NCBI GenBank assembly: GCA_025594325.1
Contig: JANHCV010000003.1
Location: 1,364,001-1,428,000 of the forward strand
Reading direction: 5' to 3'
Length of the DNA stretch: 64,000 bases
Source of the DNA: Blastocladiella emersonii ATCC 22665
Taxonomy: Eukaryota; Fungi; Blastocladiomycota
Part shown: piece by piece, positions 20,230 through 33,109 of the stretch
How the letters are laid out: each line of letters starts with the position of its first letter
Numbering within the stretch: the first letter of the stretch is position 1
Made by a program: the position numbers and the translations under genes
Notes under the pieces: generated by a model
The model's database searches: none
What the model saw: only the letters and a program-made list of their open reading frames with translations
Told to the model about the DNA's origin: nothing

Positions 20230-21808
20230 ATGGTCAGTCCCTGTCCCCACACACACTCTAATGGATCAACGGCGGACCTGACACCGATGATGGGCAAATC
20301 TAGTCCGCACGAAAGCCGTCGGGGAAGAAAGCCGGCTCGGCGCGCAAGACCGGGTCGGCCGGGGCCAAGCAGCCGGACGCGGGCCCGCCGACGCTCGAGA
20401 CCATGACGCGCGAGCAGCTGCTCGAGGAGGTCAAGAAGGTGCAGGGCGAGCTCAACTCGGAGCGCGAGGAGCGGAATTATTTCCAGATGGAGCGGGTACG
20501 TTCGTGGCTCAATGCGGACGGCCGAGAAGAGCAGCAGACTAATCCTGAGAGCGCGACGTGTAGGACAAGATCAACGCGCTGTGGGACATCACCAAGAACG
20601 AGCTGTCCGAGTCCAAGGCGCAGCAGCTCAACAAGGACCGCGAGCTCGAGGAGCAGGAGGAGAAGCACCAGGTGGAGATCAAGGTGTACAAGCAGAAGGT
20701 CAAGCACCTGCTGTACGAGTACCAGAACAACGTGGCGCACCTGCAGACGGCGCACACCAAGTCGCTGACGGGGTCGAGCACCGAGCACGACGAGCAGCAG
20801 GCGGTGCTGCGCAAGGACAAGCGCGCGCTCAAGCTCGAGCTCAAGGAGCTGGAGCTGTCGCACGAGGACGTGGTGCGCAACCTCAAGGCCAAGCACGACG
20901 CCGAGATCAACACCCTGCGGGTCGACTTCGAGCGGCGCGCGCGCGAGCTGCAGAACAAGTACGAGAAGAAGATGAAGTCGATCCGCGACGACCTCGAGCT
21001 GCGGCGCAAGAACGAGATCCACGAGATCGAGGAGCGCAAGAATGGCCAGATCAACGCGCTCATGAAGAACCACGAGAAGGCGTTCAGCGAGATCAAGAAT
21101 TACTACAACGACATCACGCTCAACAACCTCGCCCTCATCAACTCGCTCAAGGAGCAGGTCGAGGAGATGAAGAAGAAGGAGGAGCGCAACGAGAAGCTCA
21201 TGTCCGACATTGTGGCCGAGAACAAGCGGCTGTCGGAGCCGCTGCAGTCGGCGCTGGCCGAGGGCGAGGGGCTCCGGCGGCAGCTGGCCAACTACCAAAA
21301 GGACAAGATGTCGCTGCAGAACGCCAAGGCGCGGCTCAAGGTGCTCGAGGAGGCGCACAAGTCGCTGTCGTGGGAGCACGAGGTGCTGCAGCAGCGGTTC
21401 GCGCAGGTGCAGAAGGAGCGCGACGACCTGTACCACCAGTTCCTGTCGCGCGTCGTCGAGGTGCAGCAGAAGACGGGGTTCAAGAACCTGATGCTCGAGA
21501 AGAAGCTCGAGGCGCTGCGGTCCAGCCTCGAGAAGAAGGACATGCAGCTGCACGAGCTGCTCGCGCAGTCGCACGTCGACCCGGCCACGGCCGCCAACAT
21601 CTCCAAGAAGCTCGACGAGATCATCGACGCCAAGAACCTGCAGATCCGCGAGCTCCAGCTCGACCTCGCGCGCGTCACCAAGGCCCACAACGACCTGATC
21701 CGCACGTTCCAGGCCAAGATGGTCGAGAACGGCATCCCCATGGACGACATCTCGCTCAAGCCGCTCGTCGCGAGCGCCACGATCCTGCCTGTCGTGGCGC
21801 TCAAGTGA
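20230..21808 (+). CDS. GAS8: Dynein regulatory complex subunit 4 (flagellar GAS8), 3 exons
   Basis: [12 protein letters not shown]|[30 protein letters not shown] and [54 protein letters not shown]. Inferred ATG-only first exon: ATG|GTCAGT...TCTAG|TCC. Confidence 0.95.
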
Positions 21809-22283
21809 GGGAAGAACTCGGGCCAGATAGATACATGTACATACTTTGACCGAGACGCGCCACCGCCACGATGCGAGGGGAGAAACGTCTCCCGGCGCGC
21901 GTGCGAGACGGCGACGCGTCGCGCGACGCGCCTCCCCCTGAGGCGGGTGACATCACATGCGCCGTGCGCCGGGGCTTGCCTTCCTCTCTGCTCCCCCTTG
22001 TCTGCCGCCATCGGCCATCCCCTCTCTCCTCGCCCAAAGCATACCGTGTGCTCGCTAACCCACGAAGCTGCGCAACTATCCGCACTCGCCACCATGATGG
22101 TCAACGGTGCTTCGGTACGCTTCACCGCGAGCTCGTCGCCGCGCATGATGCACGCCTCACTCACGCTCGCTTCGCTGCGGCTAGACTTCTCCCCACGCCG
22201 ACCCCCACTACCACGACGCTTCCGTGACTGGGTACGCCCTCTCTCTCCCCAACCCGGTCCGCGCCTCCCCGTCGTGCGCACGG

Positions 22284-24372
22284 ATGATGATGGAGCCCAC
22301 GTCGCGGTGTAGCAGCAGCCCGCCGCCGCCGACCGGCTTCGACCTGCGCTCCACTCTCCCGCCGACCCCGACTGGCCGAGGTGCCGCTGCCCCCACGGAC
22401 CCCCGTTCTCCCTCACACGCCCGCTCACGCACCCGCGCCTCCGCCCTCTCCCCCTCCAGACTCGCTGACGGCGACATCATGGAAGTCGACACGGCCCCGC
22501 GCGCCGACAAGGCCGCCCCGAGCGACCCGCGCGACCCGCGCCGCCGCAGCTCGTCGTCGAGCCGCCGCCGGAGCCGGAGCCGCGGCGCCGACGACCGCGA
22601 TCGCCGCCACCGCTCGTCGCGCCACCGTGACGACTCGCGCGACCGGGACCGCGGGTACGACCGCGACCGTGAGCGCGAGCGCCGCCGCCGGTCGAGCCGC
22701 TCCCGCTCCCGCGATCGGTACCGCTCCTCGCGCGACCGGTCCCGCGACCGCGGCGGCGACCGGTACCGCTACTCGTCGTCGCGCGACCGCTACCGCTCGC
22801 CCGACCGCCGTGACCGTGATCGTGGTAACGGCCGTCGCCGTGCCCCGAGTCCTTTTGTGTACGCTCTCTCGCTGCTGTCCTCCGTGCGTTGCGACCGCCT
22901 CACTGACCGCATCTCCGCCCAATCCAGGCGTCCTGCGCCCGTCCCCGACCTGACCCAGCCCGAGCGCGACGACCGCACCGTGTTCGTTGCCCAGCTCCAC
23001 GCCAACGTCCGTGCTGCGGACATTGTAGACTTCTTCGAGGAGAAGCACAAGGTCGGCCGCATCCGCGGCATCCGCCTCATTGCCGACCGCGGGTCGCGCC
23101 GCGCCAAGGGCGTCGGCTACATTGAGTTCTACGACCTCGACGCCATTGACCGCGCCGTCGAGACCAACGGCCAGCTGCTCATGGGTATCCCCATCATCGT
23201 CGAGCGCACCGAGGCCGAGAAGAACCGCATCGCCGCTGCCGCCGCGGCCGCGCGCGCCCAGGCCGCACAGCAGTTTGGCCTCGACCGCCCCGGCGCCATG
23301 CCCGGCACCACGTCGATCCCGCGCGGTGTTCCCGGCACGCTGCCGCCCCGCCCGTACGTTTTTCGGCTTGGGTTTAGGTGGACCCGCTCGCTCACATTTC
23401 GTCGTGCTCGTGTAGGCCGCTCGGCGCGCCCAAAAAGGACGGCCCCTCGCACACGCTCTACGTTACCAATCTGCCCCCTCAGCTGAGCGACTCGCACATC
23501 CGCCAGATCTACGAACCGTTTGGCCGCGTAGACGACGTCCGGGTCCAGAAGGACGCGCTCATGAACTCGACCGGCGCTGCTTTCGTGACGTACGTTGTCT
23601 CGACCCTGCGAGCTTCCCGCTGCATGCAGCTCACGCGTTTGACGCCCTCCCGTGTAGCTTCCAACGCGAGTCGGACGCCGAGACGGCGCTCACGGCTATG
23701 GCCGACTTTGCCATTGCCGGGAACAAGGTCAAGTGCACCATGGTCACCGACTCGGCCGGCGGCGCCGCGAGCACCGAGCTCGACGACGCGGACGGCCAGG
23801 GCATCCGCCTCAACGCGTTGTCCAAGGTCGAGCTCATGGCCAAGCTGTCGCGCACCGCCGTCGTCACCCCGCCACCATCGGCTTCCGCTGCCGCTCCCGC
23901 CGCTGTCCCGTCGGCGCCCAACGCGGCACCGGCCATGGTCATGACCCAAGTCCACACGCCCACCACCACCGCTGCCTCGGCTGCTGCGCCGCTCGTGTCG
24001 TCGCGGTGCCTGATGCTGACCAACATGTTCGACCCCGCAGAGGAGACGGAGCCCGACTGGGACCGCGACATCGAGGTCGAGGTGCAGCAGGAGGTGGAGA
24101 CCAACTACGGGCCCGTGCGCCACATCCGCGTGCTCAAGGACACGGCGGGTCACGTCGCCATCAAGTTCGCCGCCGTCGACGCGGCCGAGCGCGCCGCACG
24201 CGGGCTCAACGGCCGCTGGTTCGCCCAGCGCCAGCTCACCGGCACGCTCATCACTGGTACGTCATCGTCGCGTGCGCTCTGTGGATCCGGCCTTGGCTGA
24301 CCCGTGTCCTCGCTTCGTCCGCGTGTAGAGGACGAGTATAACTCCAAGTTTCCCGAGGCCACGTCTCTCTAG
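22284..24372 (+). CDS. RBM39/RBM23 (CAPER)-like splicing factor: RS/RD domain, 2 RRMs and a C-terminal UHM; about 5 exons
   Basis: RS-rich N-terminus; RRM1 ERDDRTVFVAQL...RRAKGVGYIEF; RRM2 LYVTNL; GIRLNALSKVELMAKL linker; UHM CLMLTNMFDPAEETEPDWDRDIEVEVQQE...LNGRWFAQRQL. The start could be 22284 or 22479. Confidence 0.88.
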
Positions 24373-24655
24373 GTCCCCTACCACACCACGGCCAAGATCC
24401 CCGCGCGCACCGGCACCCGTCCTACGTTCTGCTTGCTCTCTCCTCTCCTCGGCCCCCCTCCATCGACGACCCGTTCTGCATTTGACGCGCCCAAGGCTCC
24501 TAGATTCTCATCGACCGACCAGCTCGCTGCTGCGGGCCCATCAAGCTCAACCGTCGGCCTCAGCACTCTCTTCTTTACCTCCCGCGCGTGTAGTCTCGCG
24601 CCTCCCCGCACACTCTTTTCGTATCTATCACTCACACCACACGTATGCCCTCGCC

Positions 24656-24663
24656 TATATAAA
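24656..24663 (+). promoter_or_regulatory. TATA box (TATATAAA) upstream of the UVRAG-like gene
   Basis: TATATAAA about 170 nt before the ATG at 24827. Confidence 0.5.
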
Positions 24664-24826
24664 CCCACGGCTTAAGTGATATCGCCTCTTGCCACGGAGA
24701 GTGTGAGTGCGAGAGCGGCGCGGCGCGGTTCAAGCCCGGAAGCCGGCCGACCGCGTCGCTCTTGGCCCCTCGCTCTCTCCTCTCCCTGCCCCGCTCAATA
24801 AAGCTGTAAGAGCTCCACATAACGCC

Positions 24827-26563
24827 ATGAGTGCAGGCACTCGCACCTGGGCCGTCGAGGACGAGCTCAGGTACGCACCCCATGCAATGCAACGCCCATG
24901 AATGAAGTGAAGCCGTTGCGGCGGCCCCTTGGCCCTCGCGCGCGCCCTGACACTTGGCTCTTGGAAAAGCCTGCTCGACGTAGTCGGCCAGGTCCACGCC
25001 GTCGAGGCCGAGCTCGACGGCGCACGCGCCGCCGCCGAGGCCGTGTTCCGCCCGCGAGTCGAGGCGGGGCCCGCGGTCAACGAGTACGGACTCGTCTGCG
25101 CTTCTGCTGCTTCTCGTGACGCCGGCTGAACGACGCGACGCGCGCGCGACCAGGTGTACGGCGAAAGCGCAGCGCATACGGTGGCTCAAGGAGACGGTGG
25201 CCGCGCGACGAAGGGCCATTGCCAAACGTACTCGCTCGCTCGCCTCCCTCCCACCTCGCCCGACCTTGTACCAACCGTCGCGTGTAGGCAAGTCGGAGCT
25301 CGCGGAAGCGCAGTCGTTCCTCGAGATGCGCAAGAACGCGTACCTGCGCGCGCGGCGCAAGCTCGGCGAGGAAATGTCGTGGCTCGACTCCAACGTCGAG
25401 ATCATCTCGCGCAACCGCGACCTCCTGTACCAGGTCCTCCACGAGCTGATCCAGGAGCGCGCGGCGATTGCGGCGGCGATCGCGAGGACGTTTCCGATCG
25501 CGTCGGTACGAGGGGGGACGCGAGGGGTGAGGAAGGGTGATGGTTGACGTCTGAGCGTGCGCGGTGTAGCTCGACCGCAAGTCGTACACGATCCGGTCGG
25601 TCCCGGTGCCCAACTCGGACTACGAGGGTATGACCTGCCTTGCGACCCCTTCCAACCCGCTCACGCCCCGCTCCCCGCCTAGTGCGCCACGACCCGATCG
25701 CCGTGAGCGCCGCGCTCGGCTGGATCTGCCTGATCCTGCAGGCCGCGACCGAGGTCTTTGACCTGCCGAACCGGTACCACATCACGGTGCTCGGGTCCAA
25801 ATCGACGATCCAGGACCCCGTCTCGGACCAGGTGTACCCGCTGTTCGAGCAGAACACGTCGCCGTTCCTGTTCGAGTACGGCGTATTCCTGCTCAACAAC
25901 TGCATCGCCGAGATGCTCGAGTCGCGCGGGATCCCCGTCACCAACCTCCAGATGACCCTCGCCAACCTCAAGCTACTCATCGATAGCGTCGCGCAGGCGA
26001 ATGTGGACTTGATCGCGTACGTTTGCACTTCACGACAAGTCGTTGGTTCGATCTTAACCCGCTCGTCTTCGTGTAGGCACCACTCCCCGTTCGCGAGGCC
26101 CAACTCGTCGTACGGCCCCGCCCCGCCGCCCATCACGCTGCTGTTCCCCGCCGCGCAGCTCTCATCCACATCGCTGCACCTCGGCACCTCGCCCGAGTTC
26201 CCCGATGCGCACCACCCCCACCACCACCACGCCGCTGCCCCGCTGAGCTCTTCCTCAGACGCGCCGACCCCGCGCGCGGCCTCATCCTCGGGTGACTCGG
26301 GGATCCGCCGCGCGTCGTCGGGCACCGCGATGCTGCTCGTCGCCGGTGCGACGGGCGGCGGGAGCACGTCGTCGCTCGCGTCGAGCCCGTCCGTCGGGTA
26401 CGGCGGCGGCGCGCGGTCGCCGTCCATGGCCGCGAGTCCGTCGAGCGATGTCGTCAGCGTAGCGGCCGCCATGGCGTCCCACCGCAGGGTCGCGCAGAGC
26501 GGCGAGTGGCGCGTCGTCAATGGACAGCTCAAGACCATTGATACGAGCGGGCGATGGGCGTGA
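24827..26563 (+). CDS. UVRAG/Vps38-like PI3K complex II subunit (multi-exon)
   Basis: Spliced coiled-coil exons, then YTIRSVPVPNSDY and AVSAALGWIC...LPNRYHI...GSKSTIQD...YPLF...FEYGVFLLNNCIAEM...TLANLKLL, which resemble the UVRAG C-terminal BARA-type domain. Ser-rich tail; no C2 domain seen. Confidence 0.8.
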
Positions 26564-26658
26564 TTTGAGAGAGAGTGTGTACAGTGATTGAACGAGGAGA
26601 AGAGAAAGAGACCAATTTTGAATGCAAACGAGGAAAACTGTATTGTACGAATGGTGAT

Positions 26659-29342
26659 TTACATGAGCAGCGACGCGGCCACGGCCACGAGACCGGCGAC
26701 CGTGGACAGGGCCATGCGCGCGGCCGACGAGGCCGCGGCGCCGGCGCCGCCGTCCTGCTTCTTGTCGTCACCGCCCTTGACCTCCTCGGCCGACGACACG
26801 ACCATGATCGAGTCCTGGGCGACGTTGGCGGCGGGGTTGTAGCTCGGGTCCTCGGCGGCGAGCGCGGCCTCGTCGCCCGAGAGCTGGGGCGTGACCTCGT
26901 CGTCGGCGAGAGCGCGGTACACGGGCTTGGGCGCAAAGTACTGGACCGGGTACTGGACGACGGTGCGCGGCACGCACTTGCCGCCGACCACCTCGAACCG
27001 CTCGTTGTCGCGGCACTGCAGGCACCCGCGCTCCGTGCACTGCAGGCACTGCTGGTCGCACGCGTTGCTGCCGAAGCAGTGCTTCTTGGCCGCCTCGCGC
27101 GCCGCGCGAGCGACGTCCGGGAACGGTTCCTTGGCCTTGGACAGCACGCACCGCGAGCACACGTGCGTGTACGCCAGGCGGTGCGTCTCGTACGCCGCGT
27201 CCGGGTTCATCTGCGCGCGAATGTCGGCCTCGCACGCCGCCACGAACCGCCGCACGTCCTCGTCGCACGCGTCCACGGACACAATCTTCTTGCCGCACTG
27301 CGCGGCCGCCGCGTCGAGCACGTCCTTGGGCGCAGCGGGCAGCGGGCGGTACGCGGGCAGCTTGGGCTCGGGGCCAGTGTACCGCGGGAGCGATGGCTGA
27401 ACGCGGTAGCCCGGCGGGATCGGGAACACGACGATCGGCTTCGGGCACGACGGCGGGAGCGGCACGTAGGTGGTGCCCGGGCGCGTCGACGTCTGGATCT
27501 GCGTCTTGGTCGGGACCGCCGCCGAGGTCGACGACGTGGTGATCACGGCGGGGACCGAGGTGGTGGTGGTTGTGCTGGCGGCGGCCGGGACCGAGGCCGA
27601 CGTGGTCGTCGACGAGGTGATGCTCGTGGCCGCGCCGATGACCGACGAGACCTGGGTCGAAGACGAGCTCGTGGTCGCGGTCGTCGACGACGACGTGGTG
27701 CCCTGGGCAGCGGTCGTCGACGAGGAACTCGAGGTGTTGACGCCGGCGGTGGTCGACGAGGAAGCACTGCCAGTAGCGGCCGATGAGGTCGAGGCCGAAG
27801 TGGTGCTGGTCACGGTGGGCTGCGCGGGAGCGCCGTTGGGGTCCGTGAACGTGCCCGTGGCCGTGGTCGAGGTGCTGGCGCCGCCGGCCGGGTTGGTGGT
27901 CGCGGCGGTCGAGGCCGTCGTTGTGGTCGAGGACGAGGACGAGGTGCCAGAGTTGGCGGTGGTCGCCGAGCCGATGACCGACGAGACCTGCGTCGAGGTC
28001 GACGAAGCCGGAGCCGACGACGACGACGAGGAACTAGCGGGAACCGAGGGCGTCGTGACGATGGCGACCGAGGTCGGCGTGGCCGTGACCGACGTCGTCA
28101 GCGACGAGGACGTGGTGAGGGAAGGCGTCGGCTTGTTACACACGACCTTGGCCGCGTCGGGGCGCTTGCACTCGGTGACGGGCGTGCCGATCGGGAACTT
28201 GGCGCCCGAGTTGCCCGTGCACTTGTCGCGGCACTTGAACAGGTTGTCGTCGCCGGGCACGCGCCACGACTCGCCGAACTTGTACAGGTCCGTGTTCTTG
28301 AACCCGGGCTTCTTGTTGAACATGTCGCCCGCGGCGTAGTCGATGATGGGCTGCGTCTTGAACACGGTGCCGTCGCGCGCCGTGAAGTCGTTGCTCGCGT
28401 CGCCGTCAAACTTGCCACACAGGCCGCCGAGCTTGCCGCGCAGGTGGTTGGCCGCGTCAAAGTACACGTTCATGTACCGGTCCTTGCCCGAGCCGATGAT
28501 GTCGACCTTGAGGTTCGAGCCCGCGTTGAAGGCCACGTTCACCGAGGTCGTCGTGCCCGACCGCGTCTTGGACACGGTCGCGCCGTCGAGCTTGTTGGTG
28601 ATCTGCTGCACGCACGTGTTCGGGTCGGCCTGGTTGGCGTCGATGATGAAGGACGAGCTGCCGTAGCGCACGGCCAGGGCGACGATGCAGGTCGCCTTGC
28701 TGAAGCACGGGCCCTGGCGCGCCTGGATCGTCACGTAGTCGGACTGGACCAGGTAGAAGTCGCCCTCGCCTGTTCGTTTTGGGATGGTGAGAGCGGAGTG
28801 GGTTAGTCTTCGGAACGAGATCATACGCGCCATCACACGAGTGAGAGGAAGAAATACGGACCCTGGTAGTGGTAGAGCGCAGTCGTGTCAAACGAGCGGT
28901 AGTGCGGGTCGCCCGTGACCTGGCACTGGCCCGTCTTCTCCTTGTCGCGGACCGTGGGCAGCGACGTCGACTTGCCGTAGTGCTTGTAGGTGCAGTCGTC
29001 CGAGAAGGCCGTGAAGGTGATGGGCATCTGGCGCTCGGCGGGCGCAATCGAGAGGAAGGGCAGCGACACGACCGTGAGCGGCTGCGGCTTGTTGTAGTTG
29101 TCGGGCGTGAACTCGAGCGCGCACTTGTCGAACTTGGTGTTGGGCGCGTCAAAGTAGACGACGACGCGCGACGCGGGCGCCGTCTTGAGCGCGACCTGCA
29201 CCGTCTCGCCGGCCGTGTTGCCGTCGAGCGCGAGCTTGGGCTTGTCGAAGACGAGGAAGTCGTCGGTGCTGACGGGCGTGGCCACGACGGCCGAGGTGCC
29301 GACGGCGGCGGCGATGGCGAGGAGCGAGAGGAGCTTGACCAT
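26659..29342 (-). CDS. Secreted, probably GPI-anchored protein: Calx-beta-like domain, VWD, Ser/Thr mucin stalk, C8-like and Cys-rich repeat; intron 28770-28861
   Basis: Signal peptide (MVKLLSLLAIAAAVG); LEFTPDNYNKPQPLTV; VWD motifs CQVTGDPHYRSFD...YHYQG|EGDFYL...IQARQ.C and LGGLCGKFDGDASNDF...FGESWRV; long S/T tract; C...FVAACEADI...C module; C-terminal small-residue site and hydrophobic tail. Confidence 0.8.
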
Positions 29343-30110
29343 TTTTGTAGTTGTAGTGTGGTGTAGGGGTAGGGATAAGGGCGGAGGTGTCTAGCGTGGC
29401 AGCAGCAGCAGTGCACGCGCGGTCTTGTAGAAGTGTATGGTACAGGGGAGAGGGCGGTCCACGCTCTCGAGGGGGATGTGTACAGGGTGGGAGGGCGACC
29501 GGTGCGAGCGACTGCTGGTGCTGGAGGCTGGGTTGATGAGTTCGACTTGATGGGAGAGGGGACGCGGCCGGGTTTTGTAGTCCCTGGACTCTCGAAGAGT
29601 TCGCTGCACGCGTGCTGAACGCGACCGCAGCAGCAGCGTTGCAAGCGTTGCTGTGGGGTGGCGCAGCCTAGGATCGTGCAGCGGCATCGAAAGCAAGCAA
29701 GCGTTCATGTTCAAGCCGCCCCGCAGCATCGCGTCCAAGCTGGTGGCCAAACGACGAGTCGTGGCTGGAGCGCGGGCAAGCTCGCGACCACAGCTTGCAC
29801 GCAGGGCGAGTCATGAACTGTTCGCAGACGGTGGCGCACCGCGTCCGTCCGCAGCGCGAAATTGGTCGGCAGCGAGTGGGTCCGTCGATTGCCCCGACTC
29901 CCGCCGTGTCAGGGTGCAGAATGAAGTGTGCTTGCGACAATTTACCACGGCGTCGGCGGTGATGGTCGGCGTGATGTGATGTAAGCGACGCGTCGTCCCG
30001 GCGAGTCGGAGCGGGCGAAGTGGGCCACGCGGTCAGCCGGCCGACGCGTGCGACCTTTCACCAGCAGAGATCGCTCGCCGAACCCTCGCTCTCTCACTCC
30101 CACGAAAACC

Positions 30111-31968
30111 ATGAATGCTTACAAGGACGCTGCCAAGACGGCATTCGCGACGCGCCCGCCGTTCGTCGATTTCCTGCAGGATCCGCCGCGGTTCGGCAAC
30201 CAGTTCGCCGAGGACGCGATCCTGCGCGAGTGCCTCGCCGCGCTCCTCCCCGCCGGCGTCCTCGAGCACTGGACCGACGACCTGACGGCGCTCGGCGCCC
30301 GTGTCGCCTCGGACGGCGATATCACCCAGCTTGGCAACGACGCCGAGTCCAACGTGCGTGACGGTCGCCTTCAACATACCACACCGCTCTCACACTCTCC
30401 CCGCAACGTAGCACCCGCGCCTCGAGCAGTACGATGCGTGGGGCAAGCGCGTCGACCGCATCCACACGTCGCAGGGGTGGAAGGAGCTGCACCGTGTTTC
30501 GGCGACCGAGGGCATCGTCGCCACAGCGTACGAGCGCGCTCCGGCACAAACGCCGCAGTGGACGCAGCGCGTGCGCCAGATGGCCAAGCTGTACCTCTTC
30601 AACCCGTCGTCGGCCATCTACTCGTGCCCGCTCGCCATGACCGACGGCGCCGCGACGCTGATCCGTGCCACCCTCGCCGCACACGACGCGGGCACGCGCG
30701 TGCTCCCGCGTACGCTCGCCGACCGCATGCGCACAGCGTACGCCAACCTCACGACGCGCGACCCGGCCGCGCTGTGGACGAGCGGGCAGTGGATGACGGA
30801 GCGGCCGGGCGGGAGCGACGTGTCGCGCACTGAGACGCAGGCCGTGGCGCTCGACGCGGACCGGCGCGTGTACGCCCTGCGCGGGTTCAAGTGGTTCTCG
30901 TCGGCGACCGAGTGCGACATGACCATGGCGCTGGCCCGCGTCGACGACGACCCGACCCTGTCGCTCTTCTTTGTCGAGCTGCGACCCGAGGGGTCGGGCG
31001 AGCTCAACGGCATCGAGATTGTGCGGCTCAAGAACAAGCTCGGGACCAAGGCGCTGCCGACGGCCGAGCTGCGGCTCGACGGGTGCATCGGGCACCTCGT
31101 GGGCGAGCGCGGCCGCGGCGTGCCCGAGATTGCGCGCATGATCAACGTCACGCGCGTGTACAACTCGGTGTGCGCGGTCTCGTCGATGCGACGCGTGCTC
31201 GCCATCGCGCACGACTATGCGGGCAAGCGCCAGGTGTTTGGTGTACGTTCTTCTCACCTCGAATTCGCTGTACTAACCACAGACTAACTCGAGCCGTGCT
31301 ACCTACAGAAACTGCTCAAGGACCAGCCGCTGCACTTCACGACGCTTCGGCAGGTCGAGGTCGAGACGCGCGGCAACGTGCTGTTCGCCTTCTACGTGGC
31401 GTCGCTGCAGGGCCGCGCCGAGTACCCCGAGTCGGGCGCCACCGCCGCAGCCAACGAGTTTGACGGGCTCACGTCGGGCGAGGCGGCGCAGGTGCTGCGG
31501 TTCCTGACGCCGATCCTCAAGCTGTTCACGGGTAAGCGCGCCGTCGCGGTCGTGTCCGAGGGCATCGAGCTGATCGGCGGCAACGGGTACATTGAGGAGA
31601 CGGGCGTGCCGCGGCTGCTGCGCGACGCGCAGGTGCTCGCCATCTGGGAGGGCACGACCAACGTGCTGTCGCTCGACCTGCTGCGCGTGTTTGCGCGCTC
31701 GCCCGAGTGCTGGGCGACGACGCTGCGCACGCTCCGCGCGTTCGCCGCGGGGAACCCAGTCATTGAGAAGACCGTGGCCGACCTCGCGGCGTACGCCAAG
31801 GCCCTGCTCGCCATGCCGCAGTCCGTCGTTGAGATGAACGCGCGCGCGCTCGCCTTCAACGTCGCGCACGTCACGGTCGCCGCGCTGTTGCACCGCGCCG
31901 GCATGGACTCGGCCGCCTGGCTCGACGCTCACCCGCTCGACACGCGCGTGCTCCAGCACAAGCTCTGA
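30111..31968 (+). CDS. Acyl-CoA dehydrogenase, AidB/ACDH-11-like (3 exons)
   Basis: YSCPLAMTDGAA, SGQWMTERPGGSDV, GFKWFSSAT, RLKNKLGTKALPTAE, RMINVTRVYNS and EGIELIGGNGYIEE...LLRDAQVLAIWEGTTNVLSLD. Confidence 0.9.
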
Positions 31969-33109
31969 GTGTCGCGATGTTCCGTTGCGGAACGTCCAAA
32001 TAGATGGTGCTGAATGCAATGAGCTGAATTGACAATTTGACGCTGGCTGCGCAACAAGAAGCGTCCTCGGCCAGCTCGTTTGAAAAAGTGTGAGTACCGG
32101 TAGGGAGGTGTTGGACCAGCTTCGACTCGTCGAGTCGCTATCCTCCATCACTCTCACCTCAATGACATGGTTGTGCGGTCAAGAAAGAAAACTAGGCAGC
32201 TGCGCAGGGTCAGCTCGACGTCTCTCCGTCGACTTGCCTGCGCGAGTCTATGCGCCGTCCGCAAAGCCGCGGCGATGGTAGTGTCCGTAACGCGCTCTCG
32301 GCCTTAAAGCAGGAGGTCCGGTGCGAGAGTTGCGGCAAGTTACATCAGATCCGTAGTCGTGCTCGAGTCGGGCATCGTCGATCGCTGGTTCGGAGACCTC
32401 GCGTTTCTTCAGGGGTGCTAGTTTCTTTCGCCTCGACGGTCACGGCGCATCACGTGGGTGTGAACGACGCGTCGAGTGACGATCAGCTCGACGACTGGGT
32501 GCAATCCGTGGCTGTTTCGTTCAACCGACAAAAATCGTTTCACTTACCCTTCAAGAGCTCATGGGTACATCTGTGCGAGCAGCAACCGTGCAGGAGCGAT
32601 TGCAACGCTTCAGCAAGGATCGCGCGCAGCGTTGCAACCCGCAGACTCGACGGCTTCAAACTCATCGAAAGCTGTAGAATACGACACAGCAGGGCAAAAT
32701 AGACATGATCAGCGAGTGATGTGCACATTACAGTGGAGACGTGCAGCGGAGCGTAAGCTTGTGGTGCGAAACTCGCAAAACGCTTCACGTCCGACCATTG
32801 GACGATGTGGGTTTCACGAAGCTTCTGCCGTCAATATATTCATGTCAAATTAGCGGATGGCGACGCACACGTGAGGCGAATCGAGGTGGCTAGTTCGTGA
32901 ATGCATACAAAACGTCTCAGCGGGGCAGGCTCGTGCGTGAGTGCATGAACCTGTGTTGAAGGGAGCGCCTGAAGCACGGCTCTCTCGCCAACATCCTTCC
33001 ACTCTCCTCGATATCCCTTGTCAGCTACCCACCTTTTCCCGATGATGCGACCGGTGGCAGCGCAAATGACTTAGTTACCTTGTGACTTAGCCGCACGTCA
33101 GAGATTTTA

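Noticed and set aside
24690-24745. GGTTCAAGCCC resembles a tRNA T-arm/B-box
   Set aside because: No cloverleaf upstream; it lies in the UVRAG-like promoter or 5' UTR.
32545-32675. Exon-like segment with in-frame TGAs (…DPC*…YP*…), considered as a selenoprotein
   Set aside because: No selenoprotein family motif, two scattered TGAs, no identifiable SECIS, and the surroundings look decayed.
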